Shown: one piece after another, positions 28,134 through 37,115 of the stretch
Numbering within the stretch: the first letter of the stretch is position 1
How the letters are laid out: each line of letters opens with the position of its first letter
Origin: Anaerolineae bacterium
GTDB lineage: Bacteria > Chloroflexota > Anaerolineae > UBA4142
NCBI GenBank assembly: GCA_034435055.1
Contig: DAOTXS010000065.1
Span: 1 to 64,000 of the forward strand
Length of the DNA stretch: 64,000 nt
Direction: 5' to 3'
Translations under genes and position numbers: made by a program
Notes under the pieces: generated by a model
Seen by the model: the letters and a program-made list of their open reading frames with translations, nothing else
Told to the model about the DNA's origin: nothing
The model's database searches: none

Positions 28134-29656
28134 AACACTTTTTGTTGCCGGTCCTTTTGTTTCTACTATTTATATTGTCAAGCCCGGTGCGAGCGCAAGG
28201 CGTGAACATCGATCCGCGCGTTCTCGCCGATACCGCCGATGGCAAGGTGGGTCGATTTCTCGTCGTCATGAAATCGCAAACGCAAACGCGCGCGCTGGTT
28301 GCATTGACATCTGATCGCGCGGCGCGCGGTCGCTTGGTGTTCGACGCGCTCAGGCGAAACGCCGACGCGACGCAATCGAATGTGCGGGCGCAGTTAAATG
28401 CGCTGAACGTCAAGCATCGCGCGTACTGGATCGTGAATGTCATCGCGGTGGAAGGTAGGCGTGATGCCGTCGATGCGCTGGCGGCGCGCGCGGATGTTTT
28501 AGCGATTGAATCGGATCGTGAATTTCGCGTGCCGCTGGAACCGCCAGCGTCCGTGCCCGCCGCGCCGAATGCTGTCGAATGGAATGTGAGCAAGATCGGC
28601 GCGCCGCCGGTGTGGAACGCGGGTTTCACCGGGCAAGGCATCGTGTACGCGAATGCAGACACTGGCGTGCAGTGGGATCATCCCGCGTTGATTTCACATT
28701 ATCGCGGTTGGGATGGCGCGATGGCGGATCACAATTACAATTGGTGGGATGCGATTCATTCCGGCAACAATCCGTGTAATTCCAACAATCCTTCCATTCC
28801 CTTGCCGGCTTCCGGCTCGCCGGCGCCGTGCGATCCGTACGGGCATGGCACGCACACGTTAGGCATTGGCATCGGCGATGACGGCGCCGGCAATCAGGTG
28901 GGAGTTGCGCCCGGCGCAAAATGGATTTCCTGTCGCAATATGAATAGTTTGGGGTACGGCACGCCAAGCACGTATTTGGAATGTTTTCAATTCTTTCTCG
29001 CGCCCACGGATTTGAACGGCAACAATCCCGATCCGACGAAACGCCCGGATGTCGTTGGCAATTCGTACGGCTGTCCGCCAAGCGAAGGATGTGCCGCCAA
29101 TAGTTTGCTCGTGGCGATGGATAACTTGCGCGCCGCCGGTATTTTTATGGCAGTGTCAGCCGGCAATGCCGGTCCCAGTTGTTCATCGATCAATGATCCG
29201 CCGGCAATCTACGATTCTGCGATCACGATTGGCGCGACGGACGGCAACGATGCTATCGCCGTGTTCAGCAGTCGCGGTTCGGTAACCATTGATGGAAGTA
29301 ATCGACGCAAGCCGGATTTGGTTGCGCCGGGTGTTGGCGTTCGTTCGAGCTATCCGACGAATGTGTATGTCGGAATTTCCGGCACATCGATGGCGGCACC
29401 GCACGTTGCCGGCGCGGTGGCGTTGTTGTGGTCGGCGTTCCCGGCATTGCGCGGAAATGTTGATGCAACCGAAACGTTGCTGGAGCAAACAGCGGTGCGG
29501 TTGGTGACATCGCAAACGTGCGGCGGCGACGCGGCATTTCAATATCCGAACAACGTTTTTGGTTATGGACGCATCGATGTCTGGGCGGCGTACGATTATC
29601 AATCTCCGCCCCGCGGATTCAAATATCGTTTTCCAATGATCAGCCACAATCCGTAA
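28130..29656 (+). CDS. Secreted S8 family (subtilisin-like) serine peptidase with an N-terminal propeptide
   Basis: Signal peptide; catalytic motifs DTGV (Asp), HGTHT (His) and GTSMAAPHVAG (Ser). Start ATG at 28130 overlaps the GT4 stop (ATGA). Confidence 0.85.
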   Translation: MKHFLLPVLLFLLFILSSPVRAQGVNIDPRVLADTADGKVGRFLVVMKSQTQTRALVALTSDRAARGRLVFDALRRNADATQSNVRAQLNALNVKHRAYWIVNVIAVEGRRDAVDALAARADVLAIESDREFRVPLEPPASVPAAPNAVEWNVSKIGAPPVWNAGFTGQGIVYANADTGVQWDHPALISHYRGWDGAMADHNYNWWDAIHSGNNPCNSNNPSIPLPASGSPAPCDPYGHGTHTLGIGIGDDGAGNQVGVAPGAKWISCRNMNSLGYGTPSTYLECFQFFLAPTDLNGNNPDPTKRPDVVGNSYGCPPSEGCAANSLLVAMDNLRAAGIFMAVSAGNAGPSCSSINDPPAIYDSAITIGATDGNDAIAVFSSRGSVTIDGSNRRKPDLVAPGVGVRSSYPTNVYVGISGTSMAAPHVAGAVALLWSAFPALRGNVDATETLLEQTAVRLVTSQTCGGDAAFQYPNNVFGYGRIDVWAAYDYQSPPRGFKYRFPMISHNP

Positions 29657-29749
29657 AATTAACTTACCTTGCGTTAATCTCTGTCTCATCGATGCGCGTT
29701 ACGATTGGGCGGAGATTTTGTTTTGCAGTGTTGCCGTCAATCTTTTGAT

Positions 29750-29782
29750 CCGCGAATCACGCGAAATTCGCGGATTATTTTT
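29750..29782 (+). terminator. Rho-independent terminator after the S8 peptidase gene
   Basis: CCGCGAAT-CACGCGAA-ATTCGCGG stem followed by ATTATTTTT. Confidence 0.7.
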
Positions 29783-29818
29783 GAGGTTTGGCAAAGCAAA
29801 AAAATCGAAGGAGACTTT

Positions 29819-31090
29819 ATGTTCCGACCCAAACGCCTTCTCTTTGCGTCGATGATTCTTCTGTTACTCGCGGCATGCGTATCACCCGCGCCGACCCCGG
29901 CGCCGACCGCCCCGCCACCAACCAGCACGCCGAATCCGGAATTCGATTCCGCGCGCGCGTACGAGCACAATCGATTCTTGGCGGAAACGATTGGTACGCG
30001 CGTGGCAGGCACAGACGCCGCAACGCGCGCCGGCGATTACATCGCGCAAGAATTTATCAAGTACGGTTACGTCATCGAAAGGCAAGCGTTCACGTTCGAG
30101 GGCTGGGAAGATCGCGGCACGCAAGTGCAATTGATCGTGCCGGAAACGCGAACGCTCAACGCACGTCCGATTCAGTACAGTCCCGCCGGCAAAGTTGAAG
30201 CCGAAGTGGTGGCGGTAGGTGGTTTGGGCGAAGCCGGCGATTTTGCGCGTGTGAATGTCAAAGGCAAAATCGCGCTCGTGCAACGTGGGACGATTCCGTT
30301 TTCCGATAAAGCACTCAACGCGCAGAACGCCGGCGCGCTCGCGGCAATCGTTTACAACAACGCGCCGGATAATTTTCAAGGCATGTTGCGCGAACGGCCA
30401 TCGATTCCGGTTTTGGCGTTGAGCGGACGGGACGGACAAGCGATTATCGATTGGCTGGCGAAAGGTGCGGTGAAAATCAAAATCGAGAGCGATGCCGGAA
30501 TTATGCAACGTACCGGACGCAACATCATCGCGACGAAACGCGGCGCAAGTAACCGCGTCATCGTCTTGGGCGCGCATTACGATTCGGTTGAACTCGGCAA
30601 AGGCGCGAATGATAACGGGTCGGGAACTGCGGTCCTGCTCGAACTTGCGCGTGTGCTGGGACAAAAATCGCGCGCGGCGACGCTTGTCTTCGTCGCGTTC
30701 GATGCGGAGGAACTGGGACTGATCGGCTCGCGGCATTACGTTGCTGGATTGAACGACGACGCGCGCCAGAAAATCATCGCGATGTTGAACTTTGATATGC
30801 TCGGCGGCGGAAGCGGCGGGCTGGGGCTGGGCGGCGACGGCGACGTGGGACGCGCGGCGCGTGACGCGGCGGAAGCGTTGAAAATTCCCGCGCGCAATTT
30901 CCGCCTGGGGAGTAATGCAAGTAGTGACCACGCGCCATTTCAGAACGCCGGCATCGATACGGTTTTCTTCTCGCGCGATTACGATTTGCTTCACACGCCG
31001 CAAGACACATTCGATCAGATACGTGAGCAATTTCTGGCGGAAGCCGGACGCGTGGCGGTGAAGGCGGTAGAGGGGCTGGAGGTGTGGTGA
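29819..31090 (+). CDS. M28 family aminopeptidase lipoprotein with a PA domain
   Basis: LLLAAC lipobox; PA domain (GKIALVQRG); zinc ligands in HYDSVELGKGANDNGSG and FDAEELG. AAGGAG RBS at 29808. Confidence 0.8.
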   Translation: MFRPKRLLFASMILLLLAACVSPAPTPAPTAPPPTSTPNPEFDSARAYEHNRFLAETIGTRVAGTDAATRAGDYIAQEFIKYGYVIERQAFTFEGWEDRGTQVQLIVPETRTLNARPIQYSPAGKVEAEVVAVGGLGEAGDFARVNVKGKIALVQRGTIPFSDKALNAQNAGALAAIVYNNAPDNFQGMLRERPSIPVLALSGRDGQAIIDWLAKGAVKIKIESDAGIMQRTGRNIIATKRGASNRVIVLGAHYDSVELGKGANDNGSGTAVLLELARVLGQKSRAATLVFVAFDAEELGLIGSRHYVAGLNDDARQKIIAMLNFDMLGGGSGGLGLGGDGDVGRAARDAAEALKIPARNFRLGSNASSDHAPFQNAGIDTVFFSRDYDLLHTPQDTFDQIREQFLAEAGRVAVKAVEGLEVW

Positions 31091-31100
31091 ATGGGAAGTT

Positions 31101-31148
31101 GGGTGATTGGATGATTAGGTGATTGGGTGATAAGGTGATTGGGGATTT
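31101..31148. repeat. Octamer tandem repeat x6 (GGGTGATT GGATGATT AGGTGATT GGGTGATA AGGTGATT GGGGATTT)
   Basis: Read directly; intergenic, immediately upstream of the STAND promoter. Confidence 0.75.
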
Positions 31149-31177
31149 TTGATTTGCGATTGACTGCGTGATATAAT
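31149..31177 (+). promoter_or_regulatory. Candidate promoter TTGATT-N17-TATAAT for the STAND NTPase gene
   Basis: TTGATT at 31149-31154 and TATAAT at 31172-31177 with a 17-nt spacer. Confidence 0.45.
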
Positions 31178-31220
31178 CAGGTTGAGCAAGCGTGCGTGAT
31201 TCTGCGTCGTGGAGGCAAAG

Positions 31221-33311
31221 ATGCCCGACCTGACTCAAACCTTCTTTGATATTCCACTTTGGTTGTGGTCGATTGGCGTTGTCGCAATCATTTTCATTGC
31301 GATTGTGATTGCGCGCAAAATGGAATTTGAGGGCGTCAATATCACCGCGACGCCGCCGTTTTTCCAATTCCGTTTCAAGCGTAAATCCGCGCGTGAGCAG
31401 ACCCGTCAGGTTTCTGCAAACCCGATGGGTTTTTCTGCCTCCGGCGAGCGAAGCGTCGTCGTGGCGGGCGATAATCGCGGGCAGATTTTTACTGGTGATA
31501 TTCATTTGCCGCCCGCATCACCGCCGCCAGAACCTAAACCACACACGCCTGCACAACAAGTCGAAATCTATATTCAGCGTGGCATTGAAGACAAAGTGCG
31601 CGCCCGGCTTTTGCAAACCGGCGTTGCCGCCATCGTTGGTATTCACGCGCCGGGCGGCGTGGGCAAAACCGAACTGGCGAAATATGTCTCCCGCAGTTTG
31701 CGCGACCAATTTGGCGAGCCGGTTTGGGTGAATTTAGGCGATAAAACGCCGGAACAAATCATCGGCGATTTTGCGCTTGCCGTTGGCGCACAACTTTCCC
31801 CTAATGCAAATTACGCCCAGCGCCGCGACGAACTCCACGCGTATTTACAGCGACACAAATTCCTCATCATTCTTGACGACGCGCGCGAACCCAACCGCGC
31901 CGCGCTCGCCGATTTTCTTCCACCATCTCCCCCGTGCGCCGCAATGGTAACCAGCCGGATTCACGAACTGACGCATGCGATTGCGGTGAATGCGCGTTTT
32001 GATTTGGGCAATATGACTGACCCGCAGGCGCGTGAACTGCTGACCGCCGCACTTGGCGCGGAACGTGTGAACGCAGAAAGTGACGCGGTTCAACGGCTCA
32101 TTGCGCGCGTCAAAGCCAATCCGCTGGCTTTGGATATTGCCGCGCGGCGAATCTATGCATACCGCGAGCGCAAAAATCCGGTGGCTTTTTTCTTGGAAAA
32201 ATTGGAACAACGCTTGGACGAACTACATGCCGGCGACGATCCACGTTTGAATTGGGAAGCGGTGATGGATTTGAGTTACAATGATTTGACCCCCGCCGAC
32301 CAAAAGCGTTTCCGTGCGCTCGCCGTTTTTTCGGCTCAAGGATTTACCGTACCCGCCGCGCAATTAGTTTGGAACGATAACGCTGATGCGGTGCGCCAAG
32401 CCATTGCGCGCCTGCACAATTTCTCTTTGCTCAAAATGCTCGATACGCTGGACGAACGCTATCGTTTGCACGATTTGTTGGACGAGTACGCGATGAAAAA
32501 ATTGCGCGCGCACGGTGAAGAAAATGAAGCGAATGACCGTCACGCGCAATATCTCGCCCAATTGTTTGACGAACATTACACAGATGATCCCAGCACTGCG
32601 CCGGAAATCGTACCCGAATTGGAAAACTTGCGCGCGGCGGTTAGATGGGCGCGCACAACGCAGAATGGTAAACGTTTGGCAGAACTGGCAACCAAATCGC
32701 GTAACTGGATGGTCGTCCTAAATTGGTATACCGAGTGGTCCACGTGGTTAACTGATGCGTTGCGTATAGGCAAAGACTATGACCGGCAATTAGAAGCGAA
32801 CGTGCGAAAAGCGATGGGCGACGTGCAACAGTTTCGCAAAGAAATGGACGCCGCGCTGGAAAGTTACGCGCACGCGTTGGAGTTGTTCCGCGCCGTCGGC
32901 TCAAAATTGGGCGAAGCGAACGTGCGAAAAGCGATGGGCGACGTGCAACAGTTTCGCAAAGAAATGGACGCCGCGCTGGAAAGTTACGCGCACGCGTTGG
33001 AGTTGTTCCGCGCCGTCGGCGACCGCTTGGGCGAAGCGAACGTGCTGGCGGCACAATGTCGATTACTTGTCCAAGCCGGTGAATTGGCGCAAGCCGAAAA
33101 GAATCTTGTCCAAGTCATCGCGATACGCCGCGAGATTGGAGATTTATACAGCGAAGGTGCTGATTATGGCAATTTTGCGCTTGTGTTACTGAATGTCGGC
33201 GAAAAAGCAAAAGCGAAATCCTACGTTCTCAAAGCGAAACAAGTCTTTGAGCAAATCGGTGAGCCATACTATTTGCAATGGGTTGAACGTGTGATTGCCG
33301 CGTGTGATTAG
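31221..33311 (+). CDS. Membrane-anchored STAND NTPase: N-terminal TM helix, NB-ARC-type P-loop NTPase, C-terminal TPR-like repeats
   Basis: One TM helix (LWLWSIGVVAIIFIAIVIA); Walker A GIHAPGGVGKTELA; Walker B FLIILDDA; 40-aa helical repeats at the C-terminus. Start ATG at 31221 after GGAGG. The tabulated ORF begins at the GTG at 31209. Confidence 0.7.
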   Translation: MPDLTQTFFDIPLWLWSIGVVAIIFIAIVIARKMEFEGVNITATPPFFQFRFKRKSAREQTRQVSANPMGFSASGERSVVVAGDNRGQIFTGDIHLPPASPPPEPKPHTPAQQVEIYIQRGIEDKVRARLLQTGVAAIVGIHAPGGVGKTELAKYVSRSLRDQFGEPVWVNLGDKTPEQIIGDFALAVGAQLSPNANYAQRRDELHAYLQRHKFLIILDDAREPNRAALADFLPPSPPCAAMVTSRIHELTHAIAVNARFDLGNMTDPQARELLTAALGAERVNAESDAVQRLIARVKANPLALDIAARRIYAYRERKNPVAFFLEKLEQRLDELHAGDDPRLNWEAVMDLSYNDLTPADQKRFRALAVFSAQGFTVPAAQLVWNDNADAVRQAIARLHNFSLLKMLDTLDERYRLHDLLDEYAMKKLRAHGEENEANDRHAQYLAQLFDEHYTDDPSTAPEIVPELENLRAAVRWARTTQNGKRLAELATKSRNWMVVLNWYTEWSTWLTDALRIGKDYDRQLEANVRKAMGDVQQFRKEMDAALESYAHALELFRAVGSKLGEANVRKAMGDVQQFRKEMDAALESYAHALELFRAVGDRLGEANVLAAQCRLLVQAGELAQAEKNLVQVIAIRREIGDLYSEGADYGNFALVLLNVGEKAKAKSYVLKAKQVFEQIGEPYYLQWVERVIAACD
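32793..33032 (+). repeat. Tandem duplication of a 120 bp unit (40 aa TPR-like repeat), perfect over ~108 bp
   Basis: 32793-32900 and 32913-33020 are identical nucleotide for nucleotide, encoding EANVRKAMGDVQQFRKEMDAALESYAHALELFRAVG twice. Confidence 0.85.
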
Positions 33312-33318
33312 CGCGTTT

Positions 33319-33356
33319 AGACCTGACAGATTCCGAAACCTGTCAGGTCTTTGCTT
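33319..33356 (+). terminator. Perfect 11-bp inverted repeat AGACCTGACAG-N10-CTGTCAGGTCT followed by TTGCTTTGCC (weak terminator after the STAND gene)
   Basis: Read directly. The T-tract is poor, so function is uncertain. Confidence 0.4.
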
Positions 33357-33562
33357 TGCCGCCGATTGGAAGCCGATTATATCCGCAACCTGCTTGAGCG
33401 GGTTTGTACCTGTGTTAGCCCCCAAATTTGATTCGGGGGGCGATGTGGAACTCTTTGCCCTAGTGCATCGTCTAATAGGCGAATAGAAATTCTGCAGCGG
33501 TCTTTGGTCGGAGCTTGTCCTGAGCGTAGACGAAGGATCGCACCTGCCCAAGGAGTTTCCAA

Positions 33563-36232
33563 ATGAAAACCAACTTGACGCCATCGGTTAAAACCGACGG
33601 CTATCACCCCCAACCAAACCCGCGTCGCGGGTTTCGAGAATTGCTACCCGTTCGTTTTTCCTCTGGACACCTTTGGCGCAACGACTGGCGTCGCATTTTC
33701 ATCGTTGCTTTCGCGGTTTTCGTATCTTTCGCGGCATTCGCGTTCCAAACGCCTTTGCCCGCCGCCGCGGACGGACTTGTCATCGTCCAATGTCCGCCCA
33801 TCGTCATTCCGCTTGGCACGCTGGAGCCCATCCGCCCGCCCATTGAAATTCAACCGGCAATTCCGCCCATCACCCCGCGTCCCATCGTGCCGCCGTTGCC
33901 GCCGGTTCGCCGCGATTGCTCCACGTACCTCGCCGTCAAGAATCACAACGTCAACGTAACGATCGATAACCAAATCGCGCGCACCCGCGTCGATCAGACG
34001 TTTATCAACGACAGCACCTACGCGCTCGAAGGCACGTACATCTTTCCGCTCCCAGACGACGCCGCGATCAGTGAGTTTGCAATGTGGGTCGATGGCAAAA
34101 AGTTGGAAGGGCAGGTGCTGGACAAGAATCAAGCGCGCCGCATTTACGAAGACATCGTCCGCAGTCAACGCGACCCGGCTCTGCTGGAGTACGTTGGACG
34201 CAACGCGTTTCAAGCGCGCATCTTTCCAATTCCACCCAAAACCGAAAAGCGCGTCGAGATCGAATACTCGCAGGTCTTGAAATTGGAACAGGGTCTCGTT
34301 CGCTACGTCTATCCGCTCAACACCGAAAAATTTTCGCCCAAGCCGCTCGCCAACGTCTCGGTGAACGTGTCGATCAAATCGAACGCCGCACTCAAAGCGA
34401 TCTACTCGCCGTCGCACAACGTCGGCGTCGCGCGGAGCGGCGATTACGCGGCGAAGGTTGGCTACGAAGACAAGAACGTGCGCCCCGACCGCGACTTTGT
34501 GCTGTACTATTCAGTTACCCAAGACGAAATTGGGTTGAATCTGGTGAGTTACAAACAAGCGGGCGAAGATGGCTTTTTTGTGATGCTCGTCGCGCCACAA
34601 GTCGAAATCGATAAATCGCGCGTGATCGATAAAGATGTGATTCTCGTCCTCGATGTTTCCGGCTCGATGCAAGGATCGAAAATCGCGCAGGCGAAGAACG
34701 CGCTGTACTATGTGCTCGACCGCTTGAATCCGAACGATCGCTTCAACATCATCACGTTCAGCACCGGGACTCGCGCGTACGCCACGGCGTTGCGCCCGGC
34801 ATCGATGCGCGACGACGGACGCAACTTTGTCTCGCGCATCGTGGCGGAAGGATCGACCGACATCAATCGCGCATTGCTCGAAGCGATGAATAGCGTGGAC
34901 CCTTCGACTTCGCTCAGGGCAGGCGTCGAACGCCCGACCATCGTCATCTTTTTGACCGATGGTTTGCCGACAACCGGCGAAACGAATACGCAAAAAATAA
35001 TTGCGAATGTTACGAACGCCGCGCCGAAAAACGTGCGCCTCTTTGCCTTTGGCGTCGGCGATGATGTGAACACGATTCTGCTCGACACGCTCGCCGAAAA
35101 AATTCGTGGCGCGAGCGGCTACGTCCGCCCCACCGAAAAAATCGATGAGATTGTGTCCGCGTTTTACGCCAAAGTTTCCACGCCAGTTCTGTCCGACATT
35201 TCGATTGATTGGGGCGGCATTGCGGTGAACGATGTGTATCCGTATCCTCTGCCGGATTTGTTTGCCGGGACGCAACTGGTTGTTACCGGGCGTTATCGCA
35301 CCGGCGGCGCGGCGACAATCACGTTGAAAGGAACGATCAACGGTGTGCCGCAAACGTTTCGCTATTCCGATGTATCGTTCCGAAATTCTGGCGGCGATGA
35401 TTCGATTCCGCGTTTGTGGGCGCAACGCAAGATTGGTTACTTGATGAATGAGATTCGTCTGCGCGGCGAGAATCGCGAGATCATCAACGAAATCGTTGCG
35501 CTTGCAATTCGGTACGGCATCGTAACGCCGTACACCTCGTTCCTCGTCGATGAACGGTCGGATGTGCTGACGCAAACCGGGCGCGAGAACGCGGCGAAGC
35601 AAGCGCAGGCGACTGCCGCGCCGCCGCTGCCGCAATCTGGCGCCGCGGCAGTTGATCGCAGCCAGTTCGAAAGTCAGATGCGGAGTTCCGCCGCCGCCGC
35701 GCCCGCGCCGACCAAAGCGCCCGCGCCCGTCGCGCCCGGGCAATCCGCGCCGTCGGATGCGTACCGCGACGCGCTCGCGTTGCAATATGTTGGCGACAAG
35801 ACGTTTATTTCGCGCAGTGGTGTGTGGATCGATACGCAATTTGATCCGGCAAAAATGAAGACGACGCAAATCGAATTTGGCAGCGACGCGTACTTTGCGC
35901 TCGTCGCCAATCATCCGCTTGCCGGCAAGTACGTTGCGCTGGGTTCGCGCGTGATCTTTCTGCTCAACGGCGTTGCGTACGAAATTACCGACGGCGGCAC
36001 CGGCGCAACTTCGGCGAGCATCATTCCAACGGCGATCCCGGGTTCGCCGACGCCGGTAGCGCGCGCGTTGCCGGGAACGACTTTGTCGTCTTCGCGCGCG
36101 AATGTGCCGGGTTCGTCGTCATCGCAATCGACGGGCGGGAATGTTGCGTTGCCGGTTTGCGGCGGAAGCGTTTTGAGTTTCGCGATGTTGTTTGGTTTGA
36201 TCGGCTGGTCGATGTTGCGACAAAAATCGTAG
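33563..36232 (+). CDS. VIT domain + von Willebrand factor type A (vWA) domain protein with a C-terminal membrane anchor
   Basis: N-terminal signal/TM; VIT-like region (NVTIDNQIARTRVDQTF...); vWA MIDAS motif DVSGSM with DG/TDG downstream; Pro/Ala-rich linker; C-terminal hydrophobic segment. AAGGAG RBS. Confidence 0.75.
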   Translation: MKTNLTPSVKTDGYHPQPNPRRGFRELLPVRFSSGHLWRNDWRRIFIVAFAVFVSFAAFAFQTPLPAAADGLVIVQCPPIVIPLGTLEPIRPPIEIQPAIPPITPRPIVPPLPPVRRDCSTYLAVKNHNVNVTIDNQIARTRVDQTFINDSTYALEGTYIFPLPDDAAISEFAMWVDGKKLEGQVLDKNQARRIYEDIVRSQRDPALLEYVGRNAFQARIFPIPPKTEKRVEIEYSQVLKLEQGLVRYVYPLNTEKFSPKPLANVSVNVSIKSNAALKAIYSPSHNVGVARSGDYAAKVGYEDKNVRPDRDFVLYYSVTQDEIGLNLVSYKQAGEDGFFVMLVAPQVEIDKSRVIDKDVILVLDVSGSMQGSKIAQAKNALYYVLDRLNPNDRFNIITFSTGTRAYATALRPASMRDDGRNFVSRIVAEGSTDINRALLEAMNSVDPSTSLRAGVERPTIVIFLTDGLPTTGETNTQKIIANVTNAAPKNVRLFAFGVGDDVNTILLDTLAEKIRGASGYVRPTEKIDEIVSAFYAKVSTPVLSDISIDWGGIAVNDVYPYPLPDLFAGTQLVVTGRYRTGGAATITLKGTINGVPQTFRYSDVSFRNSGGDDSIPRLWAQRKIGYLMNEIRLRGENREIINEIVALAIRYGIVTPYTSFLVDERSDVLTQTGRENAAKQAQATAAPPLPQSGAAAVDRSQFESQMRSSAAAAPAPTKAPAPVAPGQSAPSDAYRDALALQYVGDKTFISRSGVWIDTQFDPAKMKTTQIEFGSDAYFALVANHPLAGKYVALGSRVIFLLNGVAYEITDGGTGATSASIIPTAIPGSPTPVARALPGTTLSSSRANVPGSSSSQSTGGNVALPVCGGSVLSFAMLFGLIGWSMLRQKS

Positions 36233-36296
36233 GGGCACGCCTCGTGCGTGCCCACATGTCGGGGGCGACCACGAGGGTCGCCCCTACGTTTTTTGC
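36229..36296 (+). terminator. Double palindromic repeat (GTAGGGGCACGC-CTCGTG-CGTGCCC / GGGGCGACC-ACGAGG-GTCGCCCCTAC, family copy 4) followed by GTTTTTTG, acting as a terminator
   Basis: Overlaps the TAG stop of the vWA gene; a T-tract follows directly. Confidence 0.7.
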
Positions 36297-36323
36297 CAAT
36301 CCGCACATCGTCGGTTATAATCG
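36295..36323 (+). promoter_or_regulatory. Candidate promoter TTGCCA-N17-TATAAT for the dsbA-like gene
   Basis: TTGCCA at 36295-36300 and TATAAT at 36318-36323; AAGGAG RBS before the ATG at 36348. Confidence 0.5.
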
Positions 36324-36347
36324 CTCCATCTCAACAAGGAGCGCAAA

Positions 36348-37085
36348 ATGGAAACAAACGAAACGAACGCCGCGCCAGCGTCGATTGAGACGGAGGTCGC
36401 GGCGATTCGCGCAAAACGTCGGCGCAAGTTTAATCCGTGGTGGATCATCGCGCCGGTGTTGTTGGTGGTGGGCGTTGCGATTGGTTATTTTGGTCGTCCA
36501 CTTTTGAATCCCGGTCAAACCGCGTCCGGCAAACCCGATGTGATCGATTTGCTAATTTCGCAGACCAAGCATTTCAAAGGCAACGCGAATGCGCCGATCA
36601 CGATGCTTGAATTCAGCGATTTTCAATGTCCGTTCTGCGCGCGATTTGCGACTGGCGTGGAGCGTCAGATCGAAGAAGCTTTTGTCAAGACCGGCATCGT
36701 GCGATTTGGCTATCAGCATTTTGCGTTTCTTGGCGAGGAATCCGGCTGGGCGGCGGAAGCGAGCGAGTGTGCCGGCGAGCAAAACAAGTTTTGGGAGTAT
36801 CACGATTTGCTGTTCGCGCGGCACGGTGGAGAAAATCTAGGCGCGTTTGCTAAAGATAAATTGAAGGGCTTTGCTATCGAATTGAAATTAGATGTGACAA
36901 AGTTCAACACCTGCCTTGATTCCGGCAAGTTTGCCGCGGAGATTCAATCACAGGGCGAGTTCCTGGGATCGTTGGGTATTCAAAGCACGCCGACGTTCTT
37001 GATCAATCGCCAAGTGGTTCCCGGTGCGTTACCCTTCGAGGAATTCAAAAAAGTGATCGAAGCGGAACAGGGCAAGCAGAAATAA
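36348..37085 (+). CDS. DsbA-family thiol:disulfide oxidoreductase (membrane-anchored)
   Basis: N-terminal TM helix and the CPFC active site in FSDFQCPFCARF. Confidence 0.75.
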   Translation: METNETNAAPASIETEVAAIRAKRRRKFNPWWIIAPVLLVVGVAIGYFGRPLLNPGQTASGKPDVIDLLISQTKHFKGNANAPITMLEFSDFQCPFCARFATGVERQIEEAFVKTGIVRFGYQHFAFLGEESGWAAEASECAGEQNKFWEYHDLLFARHGGENLGAFAKDKLKGFAIELKLDVTKFNTCLDSGKFAAEIQSQGEFLGSLGIQSTPTFLINRQVVPGALPFEEFKKVIEAEQGKQK

Positions 37086-37115
37086 GGTAGGAGCGCGGTC
37101 ATCGCGCCCCTTTGT

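Noticed and set aside
29882-31030. 382-aa minus-strand ORF
   Set aside because: Antisense to the M28 peptidase gene, which carries clear zinc-ligand motifs. Arg-rich shadow ORF.
34511-35914. 467-aa minus-strand ORF
   Set aside because: Antisense to the VIT-vWA gene. No motifs.
17380-36296. GTAGGGG-type repeats considered as a possible CRISPR array
   Set aside because: The copies are palindromic and dispersed tens of kb apart. There are no regularly spaced direct repeats with unique spacers and no cas genes in the window.
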